Translations under genes and position numbers: made by a program
Assembly: GCA_951406725.2 (NCBI GenBank)
Contig: OX597814.1
Coordinates: forward strand, 125,798,001-125,862,000
From: Octopus vulgaris
Lineage: Eukaryota
Length of the DNA stretch: 64,000 nucleotides
Direction of reading: 5' to 3'
Notes under the pieces: generated by a model
Told to the model about the DNA's origin: nothing
The model's database searches: none
The model's input: the letters and a program-made list of their open reading frames with translations, nothing else
In this document: piece after piece, positions 27,101 to 40,435 of the stretch
How positions within the stretch are numbered: the first letter of the stretch is position 1
Layout: each line of letters opens with the position of its first letter

Positions 27101-29307
27101 AAGAATTGGTCCAATTTTATATATCTGTTTCAAAATGAATAGCTATTCGTTTCAAAATTACATAACAATGGCTTATAAACTGTCTACTTTTTCTTCATTT
27201 TCGTTATATTTGCGCAGTGTACGAATATGTGAGAGTGTATATGTGCATGAATGAGTTGTATTATGTATGAATGTTTGTGGCTGGCAATATATGTATGTGT
27301 GTGTGTCTTCCCAGTTATTCTAAAATCAAACTACCAGCTTCAGGTCACTCGTTCTAGCTCTGACCATGCTGCCTTCTATCATTTTCTGGCATAGAATTCA
27401 TATTTGGGACTACATTACCTAATCAGTCGTTCTGTCCTTTAAGATTGTGGATACGACTTGAGTGAGATTTGGCTTCTATTTCTAGCAGGTCGAGCGACCC
27501 TTTTGTGCTGTTGTGTTGCTGTTTGTCCGAGGCCGTAGTCGATATTTTGAGAAAACCCTGTCTTTTACTTAGACACTCTTTAAGAAATTGGTGTTTTCTT
27601 TTTCTTTTAAGTCTTTAAGTGTGAGTTAAAAGAAAATTGGCTGCTATTTCTTGCATGTCGATTGACTACATAGAGGCTCTTCTGTTGATTTGTATTTCTG
27701 TTATTTGATATGGTCTGTCTCACAAATGTATGCCATTAATACAATGATAGCAATGTAGTGTGTATTGCAGTTCTTATTGTTGTGTAGCTCTAGGTCAACT
27801 CTAATTGAGAAAAATGATGATGAAAAGCATCTCAGCACCATCTCTTTTTCCAACGAACAGTGCAGCCAAGATCACAATATACTATGTACTTATTTTTCTT
27901 AAGACGGCAGTCTGACTTGAGTGAGATTTGACTACTCTTTCTAGCAGGTCGAGCAAAATTGTTATAGAGTGTCTGAGGCCTTTTAAGTTCTGCTTACAAA
28001 CTATAGTGAGGTCAACTTTGTCTTCCAACCTTTCATAAAGTAAAATACCAGTCAAGTACTGGAGTCGATTTATCTTCCGATAAAACGCCCTGGACGTGAA
28101 TGGGTTTCTTAACAGAAGACTAAAGATAAACTCCCGCGCTGGCGCGTGTATATGTGTATGTATATCTGTGTCTGAACATGTGTATATGTTTCTGTGTGTG
28201 TGTGAGAGAGAGAGGGGGGAGTGAAAGAAAAAAAGAGAGAGGGGAGAGAGAGAAAAGGAAAGAGAGAGAGTAAGCTATTTTGTCTGTACGTTTATAAGAT
28301 ATTTGGTAAATGGTATGTGTGGGGAGTTAAGTAAAAACTTAGGTCTTCCTACCACTTTTGTATGCTTTTCGATATAATATCCATCATTTGTTTAAGACAG
28401 TTCTTAGATGTATCTCTTTATCTCAGCCGGCAGAACTGCTCAAAAGGAGGGGGTAAAAATAACCCTATCACACACACACACATACAAATACGTATTCAAC
28501 ACGAATACAAACACACACTCATACACACCTTTTTTTTTTCTTTCCTTATACTCCTGTAACTTCCTTCTTGATGTTCTTAATCTATGTCAGAATAAGTCTA
28601 ATCATTTATCCATCTAAAGCTAGAACATTTTGATTGGTTTTACATACTTCTAGCAACATATTCTTCACTTTGTGTCATACCAAGACCATGTTCTTTGAGT
28701 TAAAGAAAGAATTTCACTTTTCTTTTATTGGTATCTTTCTATTATTTTCCTCTACACGAAAATATCTCGAAGTTTCTTTTCTTTCCATCTCAGTTTCTTA
28801 TCTAGGTTTCCAGGTTAAATTTATTTTATTTACTTTCTGACGAGAGCAACACTGTCTTTAAAATTCTCTCGATTTTTCTAATAATATTCTGAGACTGTTT
28901 ATTGTTCATGTTACCATCCTTCTGAATTTTTTTAAAAATTATTTTTGAATTTTATTCTGATTTGAAATCACGAAATATTGAAATAATGCTAATTATGACA
29001 ACAATTATTCTCTTGCATAATTTTATGTTTTTGTGCATGTAATATTTTTTGGTTTTCAATTATTTTTCATTTTCCCTGTCGTTGCTTCAAATTTTTTTAA
29101 AAATCAGAATTTTTTTGAGAGATAGTAATAGAGATGAGTGGGTGAGATACGTAGGTAATAGAGATGAGTGGGTGAGATACGTAGGAAATAGATAAAAAGG
29201 GATAGGGATGCACAGAAAGAGATATAGATAGATAGGAGTAGATAGATAGATAGGAGTGGAGAGAGAAGAAAGCAAAAATACACATTTTTGTAATAACACT
29301 TAATGTA

Positions 29308-29716
29308 GGGATCTTTTCGGTTTGAACGGCAGTTTTTTCTAGCGGTGTTATGAAATTGTCACCCATAATTATGACCCTAGAATCGATCTATTGCATTTCA
29401 ATCTCTTTTAGGGTTAGGGGTGGGGGAAGGGTATCTTTTTTTCTTCACAAATGTAAATAAACCCAATCTGTTTCTTAAACGAGGGACATATTCCTACGGC
29501 ACAGAATGCTTTTTAACTCAATAGACGTCACTGATTGGTTGAAATTGCAGAAATTGAAGAAAAAAACAACAAATATCTTACAAACTATAGAATTATCTCA
29601 ATAAAGCCAAGAGAAAAAGATGTTTTATAAACACATTCTACCAGTATACGAAGTTTAAAATTTTTTAGTTACCTAGAAATTATGTTAAAAACTGCCGTTC
29701 AAACCAAAAAGATCCC
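29308..29716. mobile_element. MITE with ~29-bp TIRs, superfamily unassigned
   Basis: gggatcttttcggtttgaacggcagtttt / aaaactgccgttcaaaccaaaaagatccc; no clear TSD. Confidence 0.8.
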
Positions 29717-30292
29717 CTGCTAGTAATAGCAGCCAAAAATCTCCCTGAAATTACACTCTGTCGTCTGAAAGCACCAGACAGACTCGTTGGAGACTATATT
29801 CCTACATACCCGGATAAGGGCGGATTGGTCACAGTTGGGTGCTTTTAACCATAAGTCTGCTCTACCGGGTTGGGGAGGGCGAAACAGCAACTAAATCAAT
29901 AATAATTTATAACACCACTTCACTACTGTATTTTGTTCTACGTGTTCCATGTAAGAAGAGAAAAATTAATGTTTCCATAAATATGACTAAGTAAATAGAA
30001 GAGAAATACCCGAAGTCTTTGGAAACTAGTTGTGACGAATATTTTTTTTCCGTCTCTCTCACACAAAGGGACAGCACCAAAACGTCACTGTCGTCTGTAT
30101 CCCACGGCATACGAACTTATTCAAACTCACGAACTTCATTATGTAATTTATTGTCTAAAACTCTGCCATAGACTGTATCTTTTATAGAATTCAACGAGAA
30201 ATTAAATACGTACGAAGGCATCCATAGATCACATCACTAAATACATAGATACTTTGGAACAATAGATATGTTCAATCTATATTCAGGCTTGT

Positions 30293-30328
<36 letters not shown>

Positions 30329-30481
30329 ACATATAATATATAAATGTATGTGTTTGTGTATATATAAAAACAGTTTGTGTGTGTATATATATATATATAT
30401 ATACACACATATATATGAACATATAATATATAAATGTATGTGTGTTTATGTATATATAAAAACAGTTTGTGTGTGTGTGTG

Positions 30482-30529
<48 letters not shown>

Positions 30530-30554
30530 TATATATGTATGTACATACACACAC

Positions 30555-30604
<50 letters not shown>

Positions 30605-32189
30605 AGAGATATGTGCACATTAAGTAACTATACCGTTAAATCCATACCATGGTTTCACCATATTAGCATGAAATCTTGCAGTGGATTTAATAGTATAGTT
30701 ACTAAATATAAACGCACCCACATATACCAAACCCTCCATCATTGTGTGTATTAAGCATTGTATTGTTGACACACACACACACAAACATAAAAAATATACA
30801 CAGCTTATTTATATATAGGAGCAATTGTTTTTACAGCTGGATGTCTTCCCTATCATTACACGCTCAGCCGTAAAATGGAATTTTTTTTTCTTCTTGTTCA
30901 CTTAAGCAAACTGAAGCAAGCAGAGTTTGCAACATTGCGACAGTAGTAAGATCTGAACTTCTGATCATGTACTTGGTAGTCCAACATCTATATGTAGTAT
31001 GAGTGTATGTATGTAATGTGTATGTATGTAATGTGTGTGTTATATAATGTACTGGTACGGTTGTGTGCTTAAGAAGTTCACTTGCAACCACATGGTTTCA
31101 GGTTCAGTCCCACTGTGCTACACTTTGGACAAGTGTCTTCTACTTCAGACTTGTGAGTTAATTCCGCAGATAGAAAATGTGTGGAAGCCCAGTATATACA
31201 AGTGTGTTTGTGCTGGTCTCCCTCTACACCACTAGACGATCAATGTTGGTTTGTTTATGTCCCCATATATAGCAGTACAATCAGAGACTGACGGAATAAA
31301 TACCACATTTAAAATAACTTTAGTATTGGGGTTGATTTGTTCCCCTTTCTCTCAGGGTGTATATTTTTCTACCTCACGAAATTTCTCTTGGAGGCTTCAG
31401 GTATGATATTGGGAAGATGGATATGTGGATCACACCTTTTTATTTGGCTAGCTACCTGTGTGCCTTAGTATTGCCCAGTCAGAGCTGACCAGGAAGGTTT
31501 CATGCCATGATTTACAACTAGTACATGAGATAATGTGGGAAAGTGCATAGTCAATCAAACTGCAAAATCTAGCAGCCAAATCTCCCTGATAGCACCTCAT
31601 TATCTTAAAATGTGACATACTGAAGAACAGTCTTGGTAATCTTCAAATGGATGGTCACAAGTTGGAATGCTGGGATACGTTATGTTTGAAATAATCAATG
31701 TCTTTGATTATAGTTCTTCTGAATCAGACTGCTCCTGCTGCTACTACTACTACTACTACTAAATAAATATATAATCTGAGCAAGAATTGTAGGTATTGAA
31801 GCATTTCCTCGTGGATGTTTGTCTTTCTCTTTGATTTTAAGCGAAACGTTCATATTACACAAGACTGCTGACCTTCATAACAATGTACAATTTTTATTTC
31901 CTCTCCCAAACAAGTATGTCAGGGCTTGTGCTAAAATGTATAAATGTACTACTTAACATCAAAAAAATATATTATATATTTACCCCAGGACATTCCTTCC
32001 TGTGTCTACAAAAAACCTGATTAGGCTTCCTCTCATCATATTTCTTATTTCCTATTTTGATATATTAAAACTCCAATGCCTCACTCATTAAAAGAGAATT
32101 CTTTTTGATTTTGAGTTGTCTCCTTGCCTCTATTAATAAGAGATGTCATACTTACCTTTCATTGATAAATATAGATATCTATCTATCTA

Positions 32190-32400
32190 TCCGCTCAGTC
32201 GAAGTCGACTCTCGGTCACTTGTTGGATCAGTGTCCTCCAGTCAGTTCTATCCTGGGCCGCTTCTTTCACATTGGCTATGTCCATTCTGGTATCCCTCTT
32301 GATGGTGTCAAGCCAGCGGGTTCTTGGTCAGACTCTTCCTCTCTTGCCACTGACCATTCCGAGCATGATGTCCTTCTCCAGGGATATTCTTCGCATAATA
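32190..32400 (-). pseudogene. RTE/BovB-like LINE 3' end
   Basis: LEKDIMLGMVSGKRGR..PRTRWLDTIK...AAQDRTDWRTLIQQVTESRLRLSG. Confidence 0.75.
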
Positions 32401-32669
32401 TGATATAGTTTTGATTAATTAAATTTATTGTGCTCCTCACTCTAAGTATGGCTATTAAGTATTTTTTTAACTTATGCTTGTCACATTACAAACATTGTAT
32501 TGTATATTTAACATTGTGTGTTGTTTTAATAACATCAAGCCACACATGAAGGTAATGCCTATAACATGTTTTGAACACCTCTTAGTCACATATGTCTTCC
32601 AGATATGTGTGTCATTATTGGCAGTATTAGCATTATCTATTACATCTAAGGGAGTCTAAAGGCTTTACT

Positions 32670-32880
32670 ATTTCTTTTGTTCAACAGGTGTAGTTATCTT
32701 ATGCTTTGGGATTGTAAAGGCATAACCTTCAAAATGTGATATGAAGCAAACTGTCATGAGTCCAAGAGAAGGTGTGTTCTCTGTTAATATTGGCACCATT
32801 CTCAAGTTTTCGGGAAACATATCCATGCATAACTTTATGTTGGTATGCAAAGTGTTTCTCCTCCAGGATTTTCTGCTTCT
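32670..32880 (-). pseudogene. R4/Dong-like (RLE) LINE relic
   Basis: KVMHGYVSRK...SW...SHFEGYAFTI..H.ITT, spread across shifted frames. Confidence 0.55.
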
Positions 32881-32981
32881 TGTATGTGTGCACATTTGCA
32901 TCAATGTATGAGCCAGTGCATATATTCATATGTGGAATGGGTATAAATGTGTGAATATCTGTCTGTGTGTAGGTGTATTTG

Positions 32982-33014
<33 letters not shown>

Positions 33015-34697
33015 AAATGTACGTGTGCATGTATTCATGTATGTGTGTGTGTGTGGGGGGTATGCCTATGTATGTGTGTATATTAGTTTGTCTTTAACTA
33101 TTTGTAATGTAAAACTATTCTAATCAGGAACTTCAGATGATTACAACAATTGGTAATGGAAGCTATTAACTAGAATACCATACAAATGTATAGTATTTCT
33201 TGATGCTTCCTGATTAAATTGTTTGTTAAGAATGGTAAGTAAATATTGTTCAGATATTCATCAGATATACTGCAGCAAGACCATGAAGGAAATGCAAAGA
33301 CAGGAAAGGTATGATAGGAGAGGGGGAGGAGTTGAGATGGGAGTGGATAAGATAAAGCTTGTTGAAATGAAGCTGCAGTTTGGAAATGTAAGACATGAAT
33401 TTCCAAACAACAGTGTCACGTTTATTGAAGAGAAATCTTTAACTGAACGTGATTCTTGCTGTATATTCTTCTGATCTTACTAGATTTACCATACTGATTG
33501 AATTAATGATGATGGTGGTGTTGGGGTCATAATGACTATTATCAAGGTGGTGTTGTTGCTGTTTAGCCCCAGGTCAGTCCTGATAAAACAGACTTGTGTT
33601 CAAAAACATTCCAGCTGTGCTGTGATTGCACTGTCTTTTCATTGGACCACATTATCTGAGATAAATGGGTGTTGGTTGAAGATATTTGACTTATTTCTTG
33701 CAGTTAGGGGCCATAGAGAAGCTCCCTATGGATACTGTTGGTTAATTTATTTTGTGGTGTTTGAATAATTATACAATAGTGAATGATTATTCCATAATAA
33801 AAAGACTTATCTTTTAACAAAAGAACCAATTGTATAATATGCACCCTACACCTCACATACAGAAGACCAGCTTCTTTCAGTTTCCATCCATGAAATTCAC
33901 TTTCAAAGCTTATATATGTATTATACTTTATGTTGGAACTACATAGAGTCTGATATATATTTATGTGTAAGATAAACAGAATTACATTTCTGGACCCTTG
34001 TTTCTTCCAAACAGTACTTTGGTGAACCATTTACATCAGTGGTAGGGAATCTTTCTAGCTGGGCATGCTGGAATTTCAATTTCTTTAATAATCCTGTAAA
34101 TGGAATGTCATATTTATATACACGCATTTTAGTTGTAGTTACATGCTTGGAGATTGGTTTTTTATAATATTGTAGAACAATTTTTTGTTTTTAAAAATCT
34201 ACCAGTGTATTATGTGTTACCCCAAACCCCATTGCAAGTCACTACTGACATAGCAAGTCATAGCTTTCCCATCGATGTTTTGAACAAAGATGGGATGATC
34301 ACAGGTCTACTTAATTATGGTTTACTTGGGGTTAAACAGTAACATAATAATAACCTTTCCAAGGCAACTGTGAACTTACTACAGAGTACTATTTTGTGTT
34401 CTGCAACTGACAATAAAACATAACCTTGGACAAGTACTTTGTCTCAATCTGCCTAAGAATGGTATACATAGGAAGTCCTGCAGTGATTGTAGTCTCAGGA
34501 AATTAGTAATTAGATGATAGATGAAACAAACTTTTTAAAGACATTTCACTCCTTCAGTATAAGGATACAATTAGTTTATTGCTGATATCGATTCCTAAAG
34601 TACAGGGCAATTTATCTTTGTGGCAGCTGAAACCTAGTTTTGATTCCTTGTGGAATCAAATAAAACTGTATTGAATAAATTAAATTTTTTGTTTCAG

Positions 34698-34785
34698 CTA
34701 AATTACCATACTGAACTATGTCGGCTATTTGTAATGTTTTTTGAGAATTCTATCTTGTCAAATTCGATGTAGTATTCTGAGTATG
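34698..34785 (+). other. Candidate 88-nt spliced exon ending in ATG
   Basis: Acceptor ttttttgtttcag and donor ATG|GTGAGT in non-repetitive sequence; no protein similarity recognised. Confidence 0.35.
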
Positions 34786-37700
34786 GTGAGTGTTATCAAT
34801 AGCTTAGCCAGTCTAAGATTAGTATTGACCGATACACAGACACTGCGTTACTAAATTAACATAGTGATATACAATTATATTATTGGAGCTGTTTTATATT
34901 TATTTTCTTGTTGCCAAGAGAAGCAAAACTCTAAACCATTATGGCCCATCTCAAACTCTGGCTACTATATATTTTAAATAGCTTTGGCTGCTGCTGCTAT
35001 TGCTTTTGTTATTGAGTTGGAAGTCTGTTCTGATCCAACAGACCTATAGACAAAGTATAGCCACCAGTGACTATCCCAACTTTTATTCATACAGTTTACC
35101 TGGGACTACAGAATCCAATATGTTTTTACTATTGTTGTTTAGCCTTAAATTAAGCTCTGATCTAGTAGAGCTATAACTAAAGGCGATCTGGTAGTGACTA
35201 TCCCACCTTTTATTTAGACATTTAAAACCCCAGGACAACATTATCTGTATCCTTCATTTGTAAGGAGATAAACTGAGATTTCAAAGAGATTTATTTCTAG
35301 TATTTATTTCAGTAGCTAAGAAATTCCCTTGTTGGCTGGAGGGAGCTCTCCTTATTGAACCTTTTATGGTCATATTTTTTTTTTTGGTTTTTCCCTCCTT
35401 GTATGGGCGGGACAGTTCAAAGAATTCTAATATTTTGCATAATAATTGTTGTTACAAATATTGATATATATTTCTACTAAGCATCCAGTTATATGAAAAT
35501 GGAGCCACTATGCTGACTTATTTACATACATATATTTTATATTGCATTCTGTGAACACTAGCATGTGTTGATTAATGGTTTGCGCAAAACCAGTCACTAG
35601 TTCACTTTATTTATGATGGTGAAAGCGATAAGGGGGGTTCCTGTGTAACTCAGACAGAATAAATACCACAAGGTAGTTCTGTTTGAAAACACTGGTTCAT
35701 TGATTTTTCTTGCCAAAATTTACAATTTTCACTGATATACATTGATGAAGTATGTGTGATGATGATGTTATTAAACATTCACACACACACAAGAGGCTTC
35801 TGCACAACATTTGTCTTTCAAACTCTACTCACTGGTCATTTGTAAACTCAAAGTTATCACATATACCATTTGTCCATGGTATTGCTCAGTGATACGGAAC
35901 CTAGAAGCATGTAGGTACAACTCAATCTTCTTAACCTCACAACCATACCTATACTTGACTTGATTAAAGGAAAGTAGTACTACTAGCTTACAGATATTCC
36001 TGCAGTGTTTCTAGCAAGGTACAGTGTCTTTACTATGTGGTCAGTTGTCAATAACTGTAGCCTTGCAGCTACCCTGACTCTGCTCATCAAAAAGAAATCA
36101 AATCTTAATATATATAGGTGAAAAATTAACATTGGATAATTAAGGCATGTACTGAAACACCTTGATCAAACTATAGTTGAATAAAATACAAAGCACACAT
36201 CATATTCAGGGCAATATAAAAAAAAAATCTGCATAACTTCTTAAGATTAAATGGGTAAAAGGTTGTACAAAGGATAATGATGAGAACAAGACAATATTTC
36301 TGTTTATTTTTCCTTAATATTGCCAGCAGGCAAATGACTGATTAAAATAAACACTTAAAATCCAATAGTTGATTAATTGTGTAAATGTCTGAGATGAGCG
36401 CTTGTTAATGTGATTATGTTTTTTTAAATTATTAACCTTATCTCTCAAGATGGCAGATTTATCAGCATTTACAGCCACACTAAGTTTTAATTTGTTTGAT
36501 CTCCTATCATCACCAGTTGTCTTATTCTTTATTGATAAAAGACATAGCTATTTAGTATAGAAATAATGGTTCTCAGTTTGAATCAGTAATACCTGATGAA
36601 GATTGAAAGCAAATTTGATAGCAAAATGTCTAGGATAACTACAACATTCTTTAGATAACTATTTTCTTAGCAATTGCAGTCATTATTGATAATTTGATCA
36701 TCATCATCATCTTTTAATGCCCATCTTCCATGAGTTAGATGGTTTGATAGAATTCAACAGGTCTGAGAACTGCATTGTGATCCAGTGTTGGCTTTTGGTA
36801 TGATTTCTACAGCCTGATGCTCTTCCTAAAACCAACCACTTTACAGAATATATTGGGTAACTTTTTTGTGGCACCGGCATTAGTGAAGTTGCCTAACAGC
36901 TTGCAAGACTAAGATTTATTTTGAAAATAATTTAATAAGATAAATTTGGCATTATTAAAATGGTGTTTTAATGGAAAGTTTTGATTTAGATCACTTTAAT
37001 CAGGAAGTATTTATCATAGATCCAGAGGTGATCTCAGGCATAGGGCACCAAGGGAAAGGGGTTCCACAGATATTTTTTTCCAGTGCTAGATTTACTATAG
37101 AGCAAATGGTAAATTATAAAAGTTTTTCTTTCTTTGAGAAAAACAATATGTTGAAATTTTACAGGTTTTCCTCTGGCCTTAGCTGTAAATGAATAATTTA
37201 CTTACATTACTCACTGCTATTTTCATTCATCTGATCTGTATCTAACCCTGCACCTCATTTTCTTTTGTAACCTGTCTCTATAATGTCCACTTACCCATTG
37301 ACCGTGAGAAATAATAAAGAAATGATTATTTTGGTTTGGCTCAGGTTTGGTCTTATTCCTGATAGGATTTATGTGGGTAGCAGGTTACTACCTGTAACCT
37401 TGGGCATCCACATGTTTTCAGCAGTCTTTCAAGTGCTTAGAACCCTCCTAATAATCCTTATTATCGCTAAGAGACAAACGCCATATGTCCATGGGCAATT
37501 ATGTAGTGAATTTTTAGGGCTTATAAATCCAATATTTTCCTATCCTTCCTTAATACCGGTTCCCATATGCTATTCATATCTGCACTCGGTCTGCTTAGGA
37601 GGTTGTTGTGTCCTAGCATATGTGCTGCTTCTTTCAGTTTTTGTATTTTCCAATGGTGTTCTCTGTCTATTATTTTAACTTCATCTGACAGGGGAAGGTG

Positions 37701-40014
37701 GTCTCCATTTTTCCATACATGATCAGCTATACTTGATTTATCAATGTCTCCTCATGTCACAGCTTTGCGATATTCCCCTACCCTTATTTTGAGGGGATGG
37801 CCTGTTTTGCCTTTGTATTACCTACCACAGCTGCATGGAATGGAGTACATGCAGTTTTTGGTCATATTCTCTTCTACTGGTGGTTTTACCTTAAGGAGAT
37901 ATTGATGTAATCAACTTTCCCTGCCTTTAAAATTGCTGGCCTTGCACTAAAGTTCGAAAGAATTATTAATTTATTTATCAAATGATAACTAAAATAATTA
38001 CTACCTGAGAATAAGTTGTCACTGAATTCCAGTTCATACTGCTCTGTGTGTATGTCTGTGTGATGTGCCTATGTGTCTGTGTGTGTATGTGGTGAAGGGT
38101 TTTAAATACATCAGGTGTGTTTGTTTATGAACATCTCTTTCAACAACTTGCCTTGCATCAATGCAAGAAATTTTATTTTTGTATATTAATGTTTGTGTGG
38201 CTGATATATTATTCATCTCTCTCTACACAATTTTCAAAACTATGTTTATGTTTCTTTCTTTGTCTTGTATGTGTGTATACTTGCATGCATTATAACGAAC
38301 AAAAGAAAATGTACTCAGTACATACTATAGAGTATAGTTGACAGCTATATGATGCATTGTAATGAAATGTATCTTTTATTCAAAGTGACATTGGAACCCT
38401 ATTAATTCTATGGCTGACCCAGATGTCATCTAATCATAAGGGGTAGTAATTCCCTTTGTGGCAACCTACATGGTCTGTTTTGATGTAGAATTAGTGAGGT
38501 CTCAATGTGACTTAAAATAAAGAAACATTTTATTGCAATGTAAAAATGCTGCCACCTGAATGGACATGTAAACATGAAACTTAAGTAACAGCATATGGTA
38601 TTAGCCAAATAAATATACTTATATATATATATCTATATATGTTAATATACTTACACATACAAAAAAAATAATGATATATATCTACAGCTAAAATGAAGAC
38701 ACTAGAAAATAAAATCAAGCTACATATTGAAATAGTTCATAATATATTCTATATATTTGTGTGTATGTGGGTGTGTGTGTATGTATGTGTTGTGTGTTGA
38801 TTATGTGGATTTCTACTCCACCCCCACCCCCACTCCACTGTGCTACTCTTTAATATTTCTTTTTGAGACATTTCTCCATGAATTATCTGAGTGAACAGAA
38901 TTAGAAGAGGCAGTCCTAGTGTAAAAGAATCACCTTTGCTCACACAAGTGAAGAACATAACTTTCCTTCAGTAATCTTCCTTTTCTAACCATTTAGTCTT
39001 TCTTCTAGCCGACATTTCCCCTCCATCTTGGTATTGCCATTACTTTAATAGAATGGTTTCTTTCACTAGCTTCTATATTTTTCTTACTTGCTTGAAAGAA
39101 AAAATAAAAGAAAGTTTTTATTTTATTTTTACCTTTATTTTTTTTTTTCATGCATCACTGACACTGCTTATTTCTATAGAGGGATGTGTTTTTGTCAAAT
39201 TTGATTATTGCTTAATATTTTGGACTGAATCTATCTAGTGCATAGTTGTTTTGCAGTTCTTATATATATATATTTTTTTCTATTCATCTTTTGTCTTTTT
39301 CTTGTCTTACTTTTCTCAATATTCTTTTAAGTCTGTTATTTATTTATATAGTTATTCATTTTTTGTTTTATTTACATATTTTGTTATTTTTTCCCCTTCA
39401 TTTCATGTGTCTTTTATTGCCATAAATTGCCAGATCCATCTTTCTTGCTACAACTTTTAGATCTGAAATCTTGTGAAATATACATACATACATACAATAC
39501 ATGCATACATACATATGCATATGTATGTATGTATTTATGTATGTATGTATGTATATATATGAAAGAATAAATATTACTTGTTCTAGGTAGTTAGGGCAGG
39601 AGGGTGAGGCAGATTATTGAAGGAAAGAAATGTGTAAAAAACGCCAGGAACAGGAAAAAGAAGATGGTATTAAGGAGTTCTAGTTAGCACCTTGTTCTGT
39701 AATTGCAATATCTTATAGAGTACATTGATGTATATTGAGAGTAATACTTGAGATTTTGGGTCTGAATTGTTCATACACACACACACACATAGATAGATAG
39801 ATATACACATGTGCAGATAAATATAGACATTCACGGACACACACACTCATTGTTCATATATGTATGCATGTATGTATATATGTATGTATGTTTGTAGGTA
39901 GGTATGTATACTTATATACATAAACAATGAGTATGTGTGTATCTATCTTCTTTTTGCTTATGTTTCTCTCTCTCTCTTACTCTCTTTCTTTCTTACTCCC
40001 CCTCTCTCTCTATG

Positions 40015-40046
<32 letters not shown>

Positions 40047-40213
40047 TATGGGGGTGTGTGATTGTGTATAGAAGAATATATTAATAAAAAGAATTCCAAC
40101 CTTGTCTGATTTTCACGTTTTATTTACAATCTTATAATGATATATTATAAGATAATATATTATAATTGAATAAAATAAAATGAAATAGTAGAATGTTAAA
40201 TATTCATTCTGAT

Positions 40214-40258
40214 TGAACTAGTACTTTCATGCATTGAATTCTGCAATCTTCGGGTTCA
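40214..40258 (-). ncRNA. Minimal type I hammerhead ribozyme in the PLE 3' UTR
   Basis: UGAAC-CCGAAGA-U-UGCA(GAAUUCAA)UGCA-U-GAAA-GUAC-UA-GUUCA: 5-bp stem I, palindromic stem III (AGUACU), U4C core variant, U-U at the base of stem II. Confidence 0.75.
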
Positions 40259-40293
40259 TGTAGTAGTGTTGACAGTCATGCTTCACAATTTTT

Positions 40294-40435
40294 GACTGTA
40301 GCAAGATGAGTGATTCTGTGCTATAAATACAGCTGGGTAGGCTCCAGAGTGCTAGGTTTTGCAAACTGTATTCTGACCAATCAGTGTGTAGTATCACTCA
40401 ATTACTTAAGCTGATTGGTTGGTTGAGCTGATTGG
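40294..40435 (-). promoter_or_regulatory. Candidate pLTR Pol II promoter (CCAAT boxes, TATA, Inr-like)
   Basis: Minus-strand CCAATCAG with cores at 40431-40435 and 40414-40418; opposite-strand CCAAT at 40377; TATTTATA at 40329-40322; ACAGTC about 30 nt downstream, just before the HHR. Confidence 0.5.

Noticed and set aside
36590-36612. CTGATGA...GAAA matches here and near 2117 and 52561
   Set aside because: No stem II or stem I pairing; chance matches.
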